DNA of 32,000 nucleotides from positions 817,207-849,206 of the forward strand of contig NZ_LT606950.1 of assembly GCF_900095195.1 (NCBI RefSeq), given 5' to 3'. A program made the position numbers and the translations under genes. The stretch comes from Polynucleobacter necessarius. Its GTDB lineage: Bacteria; Pseudomonadota; Gammaproteobacteria; Burkholderiales; Burkholderiaceae. The notes beneath the pieces were generated by a model. It made no database searches. It was not told where the DNA came from and worked only from the letters and a program-made list of their open reading frames with translations. Below are positions 8,127 to 17,795 of this stretch, one piece after another; the stretch's first letter is position 1, and the number at the start of each line of letters is the position of its first letter.

Positions 8127-10811
8127 TTAGACTGTCATTGGGTTTGGTTTAGATGGATCAATGCCATACTTCTTAATCGCCTCTGCTAGCTTCTGACGAT
8201 CCAGCCGACCTGCATCAACCAATGATCTCAACGCAGTCACAACCACCCAGCGACGATCGACTTCAAAGAAATCACGTAACTTTTCACGGGTATCGGAGCG
8301 TCCGAAGCCATCCGTACCCAATACTTCATAGCGACGACCCATGTGCTGAATTGCGGGACGAATTTGCTCTGCAAACAAACGCACATAGTCGGTTGCCGCA
8401 ACAATCGGGCCAGCGGTATCTTTAAAGCATTTCTCGACATGTGAAAGTACCGGGGTTGCGGTTGGATTGAGTAAGTTGGTCCGGTGAACAGCGTTCCAAT
8501 CACGACCTAGCTCAGTAAAGCTTGGACAACCCCACAGATCAGAAGCGATACCCCAATCTTTTTGGAGTAACTCTGCCGCTTCAATCACTTCACGGAAGAT
8601 TGTGCCAGATCCTAAGAGCTGTGCGCGCAATTTCGCATTCGCATCGCCAACTGACTTGAGTTTGTACATGCCCTTAATGATGTCTTTTTCAACACCTTTA
8701 GGCATAGCTGGATGCGCATAGTTCTCATTCATCAAGGTGATGTAGTAGTACACATCCTCCTGCACCTCTAGCATGCGACGCATACCATCTTGAATCACTA
8801 CAGCCAGTTCAAAAGCAAAGGTTGGATCGTAACTAATGCAATTCGGTACCGCCGCACTCCATAAATGGCTATGACCATCTTCGTGCTGCAAACCTTCACC
8901 ATTCAAAGTTGTTCTACCGGCTGTACCACCGAGCAAGAAGCCACGGCTACGCATATCGCCCGCAGCCCATGCCAGATCACCAATCCGCTGGAAACCAAAC
9001 ATCGAGTAGAAAATATAAAACGGCAACATCGGTACGCCATGCGTCGAGTACGATGTGGCGGCTGCGATCCAATCGCACATACCGCCCGCTTCATTAATAC
9101 CCTCTTGCAAGATCTGGCCAGTCTTATCTTCCTTGTAGAACATCAATTGATCATGATCTTCTGGGGTATAAAGCTGGCCCAATTGATTCCAAATGCCCAA
9201 TTGGCGGAACATTCCCTCCATACCAAAGGTGCGTGACTCATCAGGCACGATTGGGACCACGCGTTTACCAATGGTCTTATCGCGCACGATCGTATTGAGC
9301 ATGCGAACAAAAGCCATCGTGGTCGAAATCTCGCGACCCTCTGTAGTCGCCTCCAGTAGCGGTGCAAATGCATCTAACGCTGGCACTGGGAGACTCTCAG
9401 CTTTGGCACGACGCTGCGGTAAGTAGCCACCCAATTCTTGGCGACGCGCTTTCATGTACTCCAACTCAGGACTGCCTTCAGCGAATTTCACCAACGGCAT
9501 CTCTGCAAGTTGTTCGTCTTTTACAGGGATCTCAAAGCGATCACGGAAACGACGCACATCATCATCATTCATTTTCTTGGCTTGATGCGCAATATTCATG
9601 GCTTCGCCAGAGCCGCCCATGCCGTAACCTTTAATGGTGTGGGCCAAGATAACGGTAGGCTGATCTTTATGGTTTACTGCCGCATGAAATGCTGCATACA
9701 CTTTGAGTGGGTCATGACCGCCACGATTTAATTGCCAAATTTCATCATCACTCCAGTCGGCAACCAACGCTTTAAGTCCCGGCGTATTGAAAACCGTCTC
9801 GCGTACATACGCTCCGTTTTTGGCTTTCATGGTTTGGTACTGACCATCAACAATCTCGCCAAGACGTTGCATCAAGATCCCTTTTTTGTCGCGGGCAAAT
9901 AAGGCATCCCACTGACCACCCCAAACAACCTTAATCACATTCCAACCAGCACCACGGAACTCGCTCTCGAGTTCTTGAATAATTTTTCCATTGCCACGCA
10001 CTGGGCCATCCAAGCGCTGCAAGTTACAGTTGATCACAAAGATCAAGTTATCCAGCTTCTCGCGCCCCGCCATACCGATAGCACCTAATGATTCTGGTTC
10101 ATCGGTTTCACCGTCACCTAAGAATGCCCAAACTTTACGTCCCTGCTCTTGGATAAAACCACGACCACGCAAATACTTCATAAAGCGCGCTTGATAAATC
10201 GCCATAATGGGACCAAGGCCCATAGACACGGTTGGGAACTGCCAAAAATCTGGCATCAACCATGGATGCGGGTAACTGGAGATTCCATTACCGCCCACTT
10301 CTTGACGGAAGTTATTCAATTGATCATCGGTTAAACGACCCAACATGTACGCGCGGGCATACACTCCAGGCGCAGAGTGGCCTTGAACAAATATCAAATC
10401 GCCGCCATGCTTAGGAGATGGAGCATGCCAGAAATGGTTGTAACCAACGTCATATAAAGTCGCAGCAGATTGGAATGAAGAAATGTGTCCGCCAACGTTT
10501 GTATCTTTATTAGCACGCAGCACCATTGCCATGGCATTCCAACGTGTGTAGGAACGAATATGATGCTCGACATTTTGATCACCTGGTAGTCGCGCCTGAT
10601 TCTCAACTGGAATCGTATTGATGTATGGCGTCTCCGCATGGAACGGTTGATTTACACCATTCACACGCGCATGCGAAATTTGCTGATCAATTAAATAAGC
10701 AGCACGTTGCGGCCCTTCGTTATGAATGACACCGTCTAATGCTTGCAGCCATTCTTGTGTTTCAACGGGATCGGCATCATTGCCCAATACTTTGTCAGGA
10801 ACTGCAGCCAT
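8127..10811 (-). CDS. aceE: pyruvate dehydrogenase E1 component (homodimeric type)
   Basis: 894 aa with ThDP-binding motif GDGETDEPES..N. It lies immediately upstream of aceF-lpdA on the same strand. Confidence 0.95.
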   Translation of the reverse strand: MAAVPDKVLGNDADPVETQEWLQALDGVIHNEGPQRAAYLIDQQISHARVNGVNQPFHAETPYINTIPVENQARLPGDQNVEHHIRSYTRWNAMAMVLRANKDTNVGGHISSFQSAATLYDVGYNHFWHAPSPKHGGDLIFVQGHSAPGVYARAYMLGRLTDDQLNNFRQEVGGNGISSYPHPWLMPDFWQFPTVSMGLGPIMAIYQARFMKYLRGRGFIQEQGRKVWAFLGDGETDEPESLGAIGMAGREKLDNLIFVINCNLQRLDGPVRGNGKIIQELESEFRGAGWNVIKVVWGGQWDALFARDKKGILMQRLGEIVDGQYQTMKAKNGAYVRETVFNTPGLKALVADWSDDEIWQLNRGGHDPLKVYAAFHAAVNHKDQPTVILAHTIKGYGMGGSGEAMNIAHQAKKMNDDDVRRFRDRFEIPVKDEQLAEMPLVKFAEGSPELEYMKARRQELGGYLPQRRAKAESLPVPALDAFAPLLEATTEGREISTTMAFVRMLNTIVRDKTIGKRVVPIVPDESRTFGMEGMFRQLGIWNQLGQLYTPEDHDQLMFYKEDKTGQILQEGINEAGGMCDWIAAATSYSTHGVPMLPFYIFYSMFGFQRIGDLAWAAGDMRSRGFLLGGTAGRTTLNGEGLQHEDGHSHLWSAAVPNCISYDPTFAFELAVVIQDGMRRMLEVQEDVYYYITLMNENYAHPAMPKGVEKDIIKGMYKLKSVGDANAKLRAQLLGSGTIFREVIEAAELLQKDWGIASDLWGCPSFTELGRDWNAVHRTNLLNPTATPVLSHVEKCFKDTAGPIVAATDYVRLFAEQIRPAIQHMGRRYEVLGTDGFGRSDTREKLRDFFEVDRRWVVVTALRSLVDAGRLDRQKLAEAIKKYGIDPSKPNPMTV

Positions 10812-11035
10812 AACGTGTCTCCAATGGTTTTTCAGTAATTACTGCTATGTCATCTGTTAATCAATCACTCTATAGGCGATATTCTAGGAACGTATATGGG
10901 TGTATACAAGGAATTTTCCACATAATGGGAATATTTCTCATAATGTGAGATTATATTGCGATGCAAATAAAACCGCTCTCAAAGACCAGAAAATCCAATT
11001 GGACTGAGTAGCTAGGGCAAAATGGGTTTATTCGT

Positions 11036-13503
11036 ATGAAATCCACGGTTTTATCTCGACTCGTCCTCGCCCCAATTCAATGGCTCCGCAAAATTCGGTG
11101 GTTTCGACTCGTCTATACCCCTTTGTTAGCGATTGTTTTATTTACCGCTGTCATGGGCATTATTTTGGCACCCTCCACCTCCAGGAGAAGGGTCAACAAG
11201 AAGCATTAGCATTTGCCAAACAGCGTATTCAACTGCGCTTTGCAAATAACTCAGAATCACTCAATACACTCAATCGCGAAATTGCTGCGAGTAGCGAGGA
11301 TCCAAAACTCAAACAATTGGTTCGCGAGCAATCGAATGATCTGGTTCAAAACAACCAAGAGATCATTAAGGTAGTTTAGTTGGATGCAAATAGTTCACGT
11401 GTGTGGTCTGTTCCCACCAATATCCAAAAGTCAGAGTGGGATGCTCAGCTCGAAAAAAATCCTGTGGTGGCGGAAAGCCTCGCTACTACCATTGAGCTTA
11501 GTCGCATCACTGGCAGAACTGCATTTAGTAAATTTGTGATCTTGAATATGCCTGGGGAACCAAGCAAGGAAAAGAGAACACTTTTTTGGCAAGTCGCATC
11601 CAACATTGTGGGTGGTGAAGCGATTGGCTTCTTAGCTGCTCTCTACACCACACAGGGCATCTTGGATATTATTCCCGGGGAACTCACAGCCCTTTATCGT
11701 TTCACACTCCTGACGGACGATGATCGAGTCCTATCCATCTCATCCGATCGGGATACACCTAAAAGAGCCTTTAAGTTTAGATATGGGCGTACTGAGTCCG
11801 AATCTTGTTCTACGCATTGATACTTATCCTCCGTCTACCAATCATTTCGGATGTTGATTGGCGTTGTACTGGGTTTATCAGCATTTGTGATTTGGAGCCT
11901 TTGGTCTGTTTTGAAGCAGATGCAAGTTCGCCAAGAAGCAGAAGCAAGTCTGTGAAACGAAACGAATTTTCGTAATGCCATGGAAAATTCGACGCCAGTC
12001 GGTATTCGCGCACACGATATGCAAAAAAGAATTACCTATGTCAATCGCGCATTTTGTGAAATGACGGGCTGGTCTGCTAATGAACTCACGGGACTAGAGC
12101 CCCCTTTTCCATTTTGGCCAGACTCTCGACGCGATGAAATAGTGGACAAGATGAATCGCGCCCTGCGTTCGGAAATTAGCCTCAAAAACGGTATTGAAGG
12201 CGTCATTATGCGGCGCGATGGCACCTTAATTCAGATGCGTACCTTCCCCCCTAATTAATGAGAAAGGAAAGCAAACGGGATGGGTCACTTCATTAATTGA
12301 TATTTCTGAACCGAAAAAGATTCGTGAAGAATTAGCCGCATTCCAAGAGCGCTTTATTACCGTTCTTAATGGCTTGGATGCAGCGGTGTCAGTAGTCGAT
12401 CTGGAAAATGATCAACTCCTCTTTGCTAACCGCTTCTACCGCGAAAACTTTGGTGATGACTCTAAGGGACACTCCTTGCTATCTGGCGACACCAATAACT
12501 TAAAAACGCTTCATGAAGTGGCGGAAGATCTGCAAGAGTCTCCCCCTGGAATTCCGACTTCATTGCTGTATCAGGAGTCCGAATCTGAGGAAGTGCAGTT
12601 AAGCGAAAGTAACAATCGTTGGTATGAAGTGCGGCGTCGCTTTATTCCCTGGGTTGACGGTCGCCTAGCCCAGTTGCTAATTGCTACCGACATTACTGCT
12701 CGAAAAGAAGCGGACGAATTATCGCGCCAGCAAGAAGAACGTATGCAGTTTACGAGTCGTCTCACCACCATGGGTGAAATGGCATCCCCTCTCGCTCATG
12801 AATTAAATCAACCACTCTCGGCAATTTCCAATTACTGCATGGGAGTTGCCAAACGATTGGAAGACAATCTTGATCCCACCGTCTCTAAGGATATCTTGCC
12901 TGCACTGGAAAAGACCTCTGAGCAAGCGCATCGTGCTGGCACCATCATTCAGCGCATTCGTAGCTTTGTTAAACGCAGCGGACCACAACGCAAATCCAGC
13001 GGCATTAATGTCAACGCTGCAGTTGGGCTAGTAGAAGTTGAGGCGCATCGTCATCGTCTCAGTATTAGCTCCAGTATTGGCGAAAACTTGCCATTAGTGG
13101 ATATTGATCCCGTATTGATTCTGCAGGTTTTAGTCAATCTCCTCAAAAATGCCCTCGACAGTACGCGGGAAGCCTACCCTCTCTCCTCTCGTTGGTCAGC
13201 CCCACCCGTCAATATCAGCGCCGATCTGGATACGAGCACTTTTCCGGCAATGTACGGGGTTCAGGTCACGGATGGCGGGTCCGGAATCCCCGAATCCGTG
13301 CTGGAGCGCATGTTTGAGCCGTTTTTTAGTACAAAATCCGGTGGTATGGGTATGGACTCAATATCTGCCGATCCATCATCGCATCCCATCATGGCCGGCT
13401 TTGGGCGGTAAACCGCATGGACTCAGAACATACCAAGCTGGTTGGCTGCACCATTACAATATTGCTACCCCTAGTTTCCCTAGAAGCTAGCAACAATACT
13501 TAA
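11036..13503 (+). pseudogene. PAS-domain sensor histidine kinase, heavily disrupted
   Basis: ATG 11036 gives a TM N-terminus (LVYTPLLAIVLFTAVMGIIL). Lesions in order: frameshift near 11167-11171; in-frame TAG 11377-11379; in-frame TGA 11818-11820; in-frame TGA 11953-11955; +1 shift in C6 12246-12251; shift at 13354-13355. The PAS domain (STPVGIRAHDMQKRITYVNRAFCEMTGW), H-box (LAHELNQPL), N-box (LLKNALDS) and G-boxes (DGGSGIP, STKSGGMGMG) are all recognisable. The restored C-terminus GLNICRSIIASHHGRLWAVN... ends at TAA 13501-13503. Confidence 0.85.
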
Positions 13504-13539
13504 CCGATTTACCTATCCGACAAGCTTGTGAGAACCCAT

Positions 13540-14133
13540 ATGAACTTGAGCGCAACTACTAAACCAAACCAGGCCGAAGTTGTCTACGTAGTAGATGATG
13601 ATGAAGCCGTTCGTGACTCGCTCACTTGGTTGTTAGAGAGCAATGGCTATGTTGTGCGCTGTCATGCAAGCACAGAACGCTTCTTGCAATCTTTGCAAAG
13701 TACCGATAAATCGACAATTTCGTGCACCATCCTGGATGTGCGTATGCCTGACATGTCTGGCCTGGAATTGCAAGAGCGGCTCATCAGCGAAAACTTACCA
13801 ATGCCAGTCGCATTCATCACAGGTCACGGCGATGTCTCGATGGCCGTTTCGACCATGAAACGCGGTGCAGTGGATTTCATTGAAAAACCATTTAAAGAGA
13901 ATGATCTTTGCGGTTTAGTCGATCGCATGTTAGCCAAAGAGCGCGTGGATTACTCCCAAGCGAGCCAGCGCAAAATTACGCAAAGCCTATTAGGCAAGTT
14001 AACTGGGCGTGAGCGCCAAGTTCTGGAACGCATCGTGGCTGGACGCTTAAACAAGCAAATTTATGGAAAAGCTCAACGTCAATACCGTTCGGACTTGCTG
14101 CGTCTTGCCTTGTCTGACCCACAACCGAATTAA
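13540..14133 (+). pseudogene. FixJ/LuxR-type response regulator with damaged HTH
   Basis: The receiver domain is intact (DDDEAV, LDVRMPDMSG, TGHGD, KPF). In the output domain, LTGRERQVLERIVAGRLNKQI is followed by a missing stretch at about 14060-14062. Then MEKLNVNTV is encoded out of frame (14062-14088), and the original frame resumes at SDLLRLAL. The ORF stays open only because the two indels compensate. Confidence 0.7.
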
Positions 14134-14145
14134 TTAACGCTGCTC

Positions 14146-15000
14146 ATGCCCGCTCAATTACTCGACGGAAACGCGCTCTCTAAGAAGTTGCGCGCAGAAA
14201 TTGCGGCACGCGGGGCGATTGTGACCGCCAAAGGCGTTCGTCCGAGTTTAGCGGTCATTGTGGTGGGCGCTAATCCTGCTAGCCAGGTCTATGTGCGCAA
14301 CAAAGTCAAAGCCTGTGAGGATGTTGGCTTTCATTCTGTGCTGGAGCGCTACTCTGCCGAGTTAGGCGAAGAAGAATTGCTCGCTCGTATCGCGACACTC
14401 AATGCCGATCCTTCCATTCATGGCATCTTGGTGCAACTCCCCCTTCCAGAACATATTGCGTCTGAGCGCGCGCTCGAAGCAATCGCTCCAGAAAAAGATG
14501 TGGATGGCTTTTACGTTGCGAATGCCGGCGCCCTCATGGTTGGACAACCCCAATTTAAGCCCTGCACCCCATATGGCTGCATGAAAATCCTAGAAAGCAT
14601 TGATTACCCCATTCGCGGTGCTCGCGCTGTCATCGTTGGCGCATCGAATATTGTGGGCAAGCCGATGGCCATGCTCTTGTTGCAAGCTGGCGCCACCGTC
14701 ACGATCTGCAATAGTAAAACACGGGATTTAGCGCACCACACGAAAGATGCCGATATTTTGGTGGTTGCCACCGGTAAACCCAAAATGATTTCGGGCGACA
14801 TGGTGAAAAATGGCGCCGTGGTGATTGATGTTGGCATTAACCACTTACCAGACGGCAAGCTCTGCGGCGACGTCGATTTTGATAATGCGAAATACGTAGC
14901 GGGCTGGATCACCCCTGTGCCAGGTGGGGTTGGTCCGATGACAATCACCATGCTCTTGATGAACACTTTAGAGGCGGCTGAAAAAGCAGCCACACTATAG
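14146..15000 (+). CDS. folD: bifunctional methylenetetrahydrofolate dehydrogenase/methenyl-THF cyclohydrolase
   Basis: 284 aa with typical FolD sequence ([45 protein letters not shown]). Confidence 0.95.
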   Translation: MPAQLLDGNALSKKLRAEIAARGAIVTAKGVRPSLAVIVVGANPASQVYVRNKVKACEDVGFHSVLERYSAELGEEELLARIATLNADPSIHGILVQLPLPEHIASERALEAIAPEKDVDGFYVANAGALMVGQPQFKPCTPYGCMKILESIDYPIRGARAVIVGASNIVGKPMAMLLLQAGATVTICNSKTRDLAHHTKDADILVVATGKPKMISGDMVKNGAVVIDVGINHLPDGKLCGDVDFDNAKYVAGWITPVPGGVGPMTITMLLMNTLEAAEKAATL

Positions 15001-15018
15001 ATCCATTAAGCTAGAGGG

Positions 15019-17154
15019 ATGAATACATCTCCCTCTGCACCCCTCTTTTCTTTACCAGCCGATTTACAGAACAATCCGCTTTTGACCTTTGGTCGAGGCA
15101 TTGCCGCCTATTCAACAATTGAGCCAAAGCACATTACACCGGCGATTGAGTTCCTGTTAAAGCACGCACAGGCAGCAGTCGATACCGCTACCAACCAAAA
15201 TACACCATCAACCTGGCAAGACCTCGCGGAACCGCTTGAGGATGCCACTGAAGCCCTTGGAAGATCGTGGGACGTTATTTCACATCTTAATAGTGTAGCG
15301 GATACACCGGAACTAAGAGCGGCCTATGGCGCAATGTTACCGCAGGTCACTGCGTTCTTTTCAAGCTTGGGACAAAACCTAGCGCTCTATCAAAAGTTTA
15401 AAGAACTAAGCAAGAGTCCAGAATTTGCCACACTCAATCGTGCGCAAAAGAAAGTTATCGAAAACTCCTTACGCGATTTTCGTCTCGGTGGCGCAGAACT
15501 GAGTGATGCGGACAAACCCCGTTTTGCACAAATACAAGATGAGCAAGCGATTCTTGGTAAAGCATTTTCGGATCATGTGCTCGATGCAACCGATGGGTTT
15601 GTACATGTAGTCACCAATGAAGCTGATCTGATCGGTTTACCAGAAGATGTCAAAGCAGCGGCAGCCGATACCGCCTCGCAAAAAGACCTTCAAGGTTGGG
15701 CATTTACACTGCACTTCCCTTCCTACTATCCGGTTTTGCAATATTCCGAGAATCGTGAGTTACGGAAATTGATGTATGAGGCATACGTCACCCGAGCTTC
15801 CGAACTCGGACCTCAGTATGCCAAAGGTAATAGCGCTTGGGATAACACGCAAAACATGCTCGACCAACTCAAGTTGCGTGATGAAGAAGCGCGTATGCTA
15901 GGGTTTGCCAATTTTGCCGCCCTCAGTCTGGCGCCGAAGATGGCGAATGCCGTCGATGAAGTGGATCGCTTTTTAACGAACTTTGCGGAAAGAGCAAAAC
16001 CATACGCGCAAAAGGACTGGGATGAGCTTTGCGAATTTGCCAAACAGAATTTAGGTCTAGTAGATGGAGTGCAACCTTGGGACACTGCGTTTGCCGCTGA
16101 AAGACTTAAGCAAGCACGCTACGCATTTTCTGAAAACGAACTGAAGCAATACTTTCCATTGCCTAAAGTACTCGATGGTCTGTTTGGCGTCATTCAAACT
16201 CTCTTTGGCGTCAAGATCGAATCGGCGAATCTGCCAACCTGGCATGCTGACGTTCAATCCTTTGCAGTCAAAGATACCTCCGGAAATACTCGGGCTTACT
16301 TTTACCTAGACCCTTATGCTCGCCCTGGTAAACGAGGCGGAGCCTGGATGGATGATGCCCGAGGTCGTCGCGTACTGCCCAACGGCGACATTCAAATTCC
16401 GGTCGCGTATCTCGTGTGCAACTTTGCACCACCCGTGACAGTAGATGGAGTGCTGCGACAACATACCATTACGCATGATGATGTTATTACTCTCTTTCAT
16501 GAGAGCGGACATGGGCTCCACCACCTCTTAACGCAAGTCAGCGCTTTAGGCGTATCCGGTATTAATGGCGTTGAATGGGATGCCGTGGAGCTACCTAGTC
16601 AGTTTATGGAAAACTTCTGCTGGGAGTGGGAGGTCTTGGAAAAAATGACTGCCCACGTTGACACTGGTAAACCATTACCGCGTGACTTATACGAAAAAAT
16701 GCTTGCGGCAAAAAATTTCCAGAACGGTTTAATGACCCTGCGGCAAATTGTTATGTCTCTGACTGACTGGAGGCTGCACTCTCGCTTTGATGTAACCACC
16801 GCTCAAGGTCATGCCGTATTAGATCTGTCCAGAAAAATCGCGGCAGAATATAACGTCATTCCCCAACCAAAGATCTCCTGTTGGATTAATACCTTTAGCC
16901 ATATTTTTGCTGGCGGTTATGCGGCGGGTTACTACAGCTATAAATGGGCCGAAGTTCTCTCAGCAGATGCCTATTCTGCTTTTGAGGAGGCAGCCAAGCT
17001 CACGGGCACCGTATTGGATCTCCAAACTGGAGCGCGCTACCGTGAGGAAATATTGGAGGTAGGTGGTAGTCGTCCCGCCGCCGAATCCTTTAAAGCGTTT
17101 CGCGGAAGAGAACCCAGCATCGATGCCCTATTGCGACATGGAGGCATGGCTTAA
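15019..17154 (+). CDS. prlC: oligopeptidase A (M3 metallopeptidase)
   Basis: 711 aa. The zinc motif HExxH is present as FHESGHGLHH. Length and flanking sequence are M3-family. Confidence 0.92.
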   Translation: MNTSPSAPLFSLPADLQNNPLLTFGRGIAAYSTIEPKHITPAIEFLLKHAQAAVDTATNQNTPSTWQDLAEPLEDATEALGRSWDVISHLNSVADTPELRAAYGAMLPQVTAFFSSLGQNLALYQKFKELSKSPEFATLNRAQKKVIENSLRDFRLGGAELSDADKPRFAQIQDEQAILGKAFSDHVLDATDGFVHVVTNEADLIGLPEDVKAAAADTASQKDLQGWAFTLHFPSYYPVLQYSENRELRKLMYEAYVTRASELGPQYAKGNSAWDNTQNMLDQLKLRDEEARMLGFANFAALSLAPKMANAVDEVDRFLTNFAERAKPYAQKDWDELCEFAKQNLGLVDGVQPWDTAFAAERLKQARYAFSENELKQYFPLPKVLDGLFGVIQTLFGVKIESANLPTWHADVQSFAVKDTSGNTRAYFYLDPYARPGKRGGAWMDDARGRRVLPNGDIQIPVAYLVCNFAPPVTVDGVLRQHTITHDDVITLFHESGHGLHHLLTQVSALGVSGINGVEWDAVELPSQFMENFCWEWEVLEKMTAHVDTGKPLPRDLYEKMLAAKNFQNGLMTLRQIVMSLTDWRLHSRFDVTTAQGHAVLDLSRKIAAEYNVIPQPKISCWINTFSHIFAGGYAAGYYSYKWAEVLSADAYSAFEEAAKLTGTVLDLQTGARYREEILEVGGSRPAAESFKAFRGREPSIDALLRHGGMA

Positions 17155-17161
17155 GGCCGAT

Positions 17162-17768
17162 TCAATCCTTCCAAGTGGGATGTTTTTCCATAATGGATTG
17201 AAATAATGCGGATTCCAGATGCTCTTGCAACCATTGATGCGTGCGAGGTATCGGTAGGCGCATAAATTGCTCAGGGCACACCATCGAGAATTGTCTAATA
17301 AACAGAAAGATGGCGATATCAACCCATGACTGTGCATTCAAGCAACTACTAGATCAATACAAGTATCCCAATCACTACCCTGAAATCAAACAGGAGACGG
17401 TTTTGCAGGAAGCAAGCGAGCTGATGCTCAAACCCATGGAGGTAGCGCTCCAACAGCATCGCTATCTCTTGGGTAATGGTCCATCATTGATTGCAATCCA
17501 ATTCTGGGTTTGGTCTGATCCACCTGATTCAACCTTCAGGGTCGGCTTGCTCTAGGGCCCAATGCACGATATCCAAACTTTGATCGATCACCCGGTCGCC
17601 CACACACAGCACTGGCACTGTTCCTTTAGGAGAAACGAGCAACATGGATTTTGGCTTTTCGCGCAAAGCAATTTCACGATGCTCGACTGCTATGCCAGCA
17701 TACCTTAGAGCCATTCGCGCTCGCATGGCATAGGGACTTCTTCGATACGAATACAAAATGGGCATCAT
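17162..17768 (-). pseudogene. glutathione S-transferase-like protein, disrupted by a frameshift and an internal inversion
   Basis: The N-terminal thioredoxin-like domain (MMPILYSYRRSPYAMRARMALRYAGI..SPKGTVPVL) lies on the minus strand at 17768-17529. The C-terminal part (WVDIAIFLFIRQF...HQWLQEHLESALFQSIMEKHPTWKD*) lies on the minus strand at 17327-17162. The middle 52 codons are encoded on the plus strand. Confidence 0.85.
17328..17485 (+). other. 158-bp inverted segment of the GST-like gene
   Basis: The plus strand reads DCAFKQLLDQYKYPNHYPEIKQETVLQEASELMLKPMEVALQQHRYLLGNGPS. Reverse-complementing exactly 17328-17485 joins ...QNWIAIN to DCAFKQ... and ...GNGPS to WVDIAIF... in one frame. The breakpoints carry the inverted 4-mer ATGA/TCAT. 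Confidence 0.85.
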
Positions 17769-17795
17769 CGATGCGCGTTCAACAAAATTATTACT

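Noticed and set aside
8222-10639. Numerous 60-120-aa ORFs on both strands within aceE.
   Set aside because: All are overlapped by the 894-aa aceE frame, and none has independent support.
10919-10947. Repeated CATAATG heptamers / imperfect inverted repeat upstream of aceE.
   Set aside because: The elements are short and imperfect and lie in an AT-rich spacer, so they are plausibly chance or overlapping -10-like hexamers.
11036-13503. Programmed frameshifting or recoding in the histidine kinase.
   Set aside because: There are too many independent lesions (three nonsense codons of two types and at least three shifts), and no slippery-site or stimulator architecture.
14604-14993. 129-aa minus-strand ORF.
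   Set aside because: It is antisense to folD and has no family features.
17241-17555. 104-aa plus-strand ORF as an independent gene.
   Set aside because: Only its central 52 codons look protein-like, because they are the inverted piece of the GST-like gene. Its ends are antisense readings of that gene's flanks.
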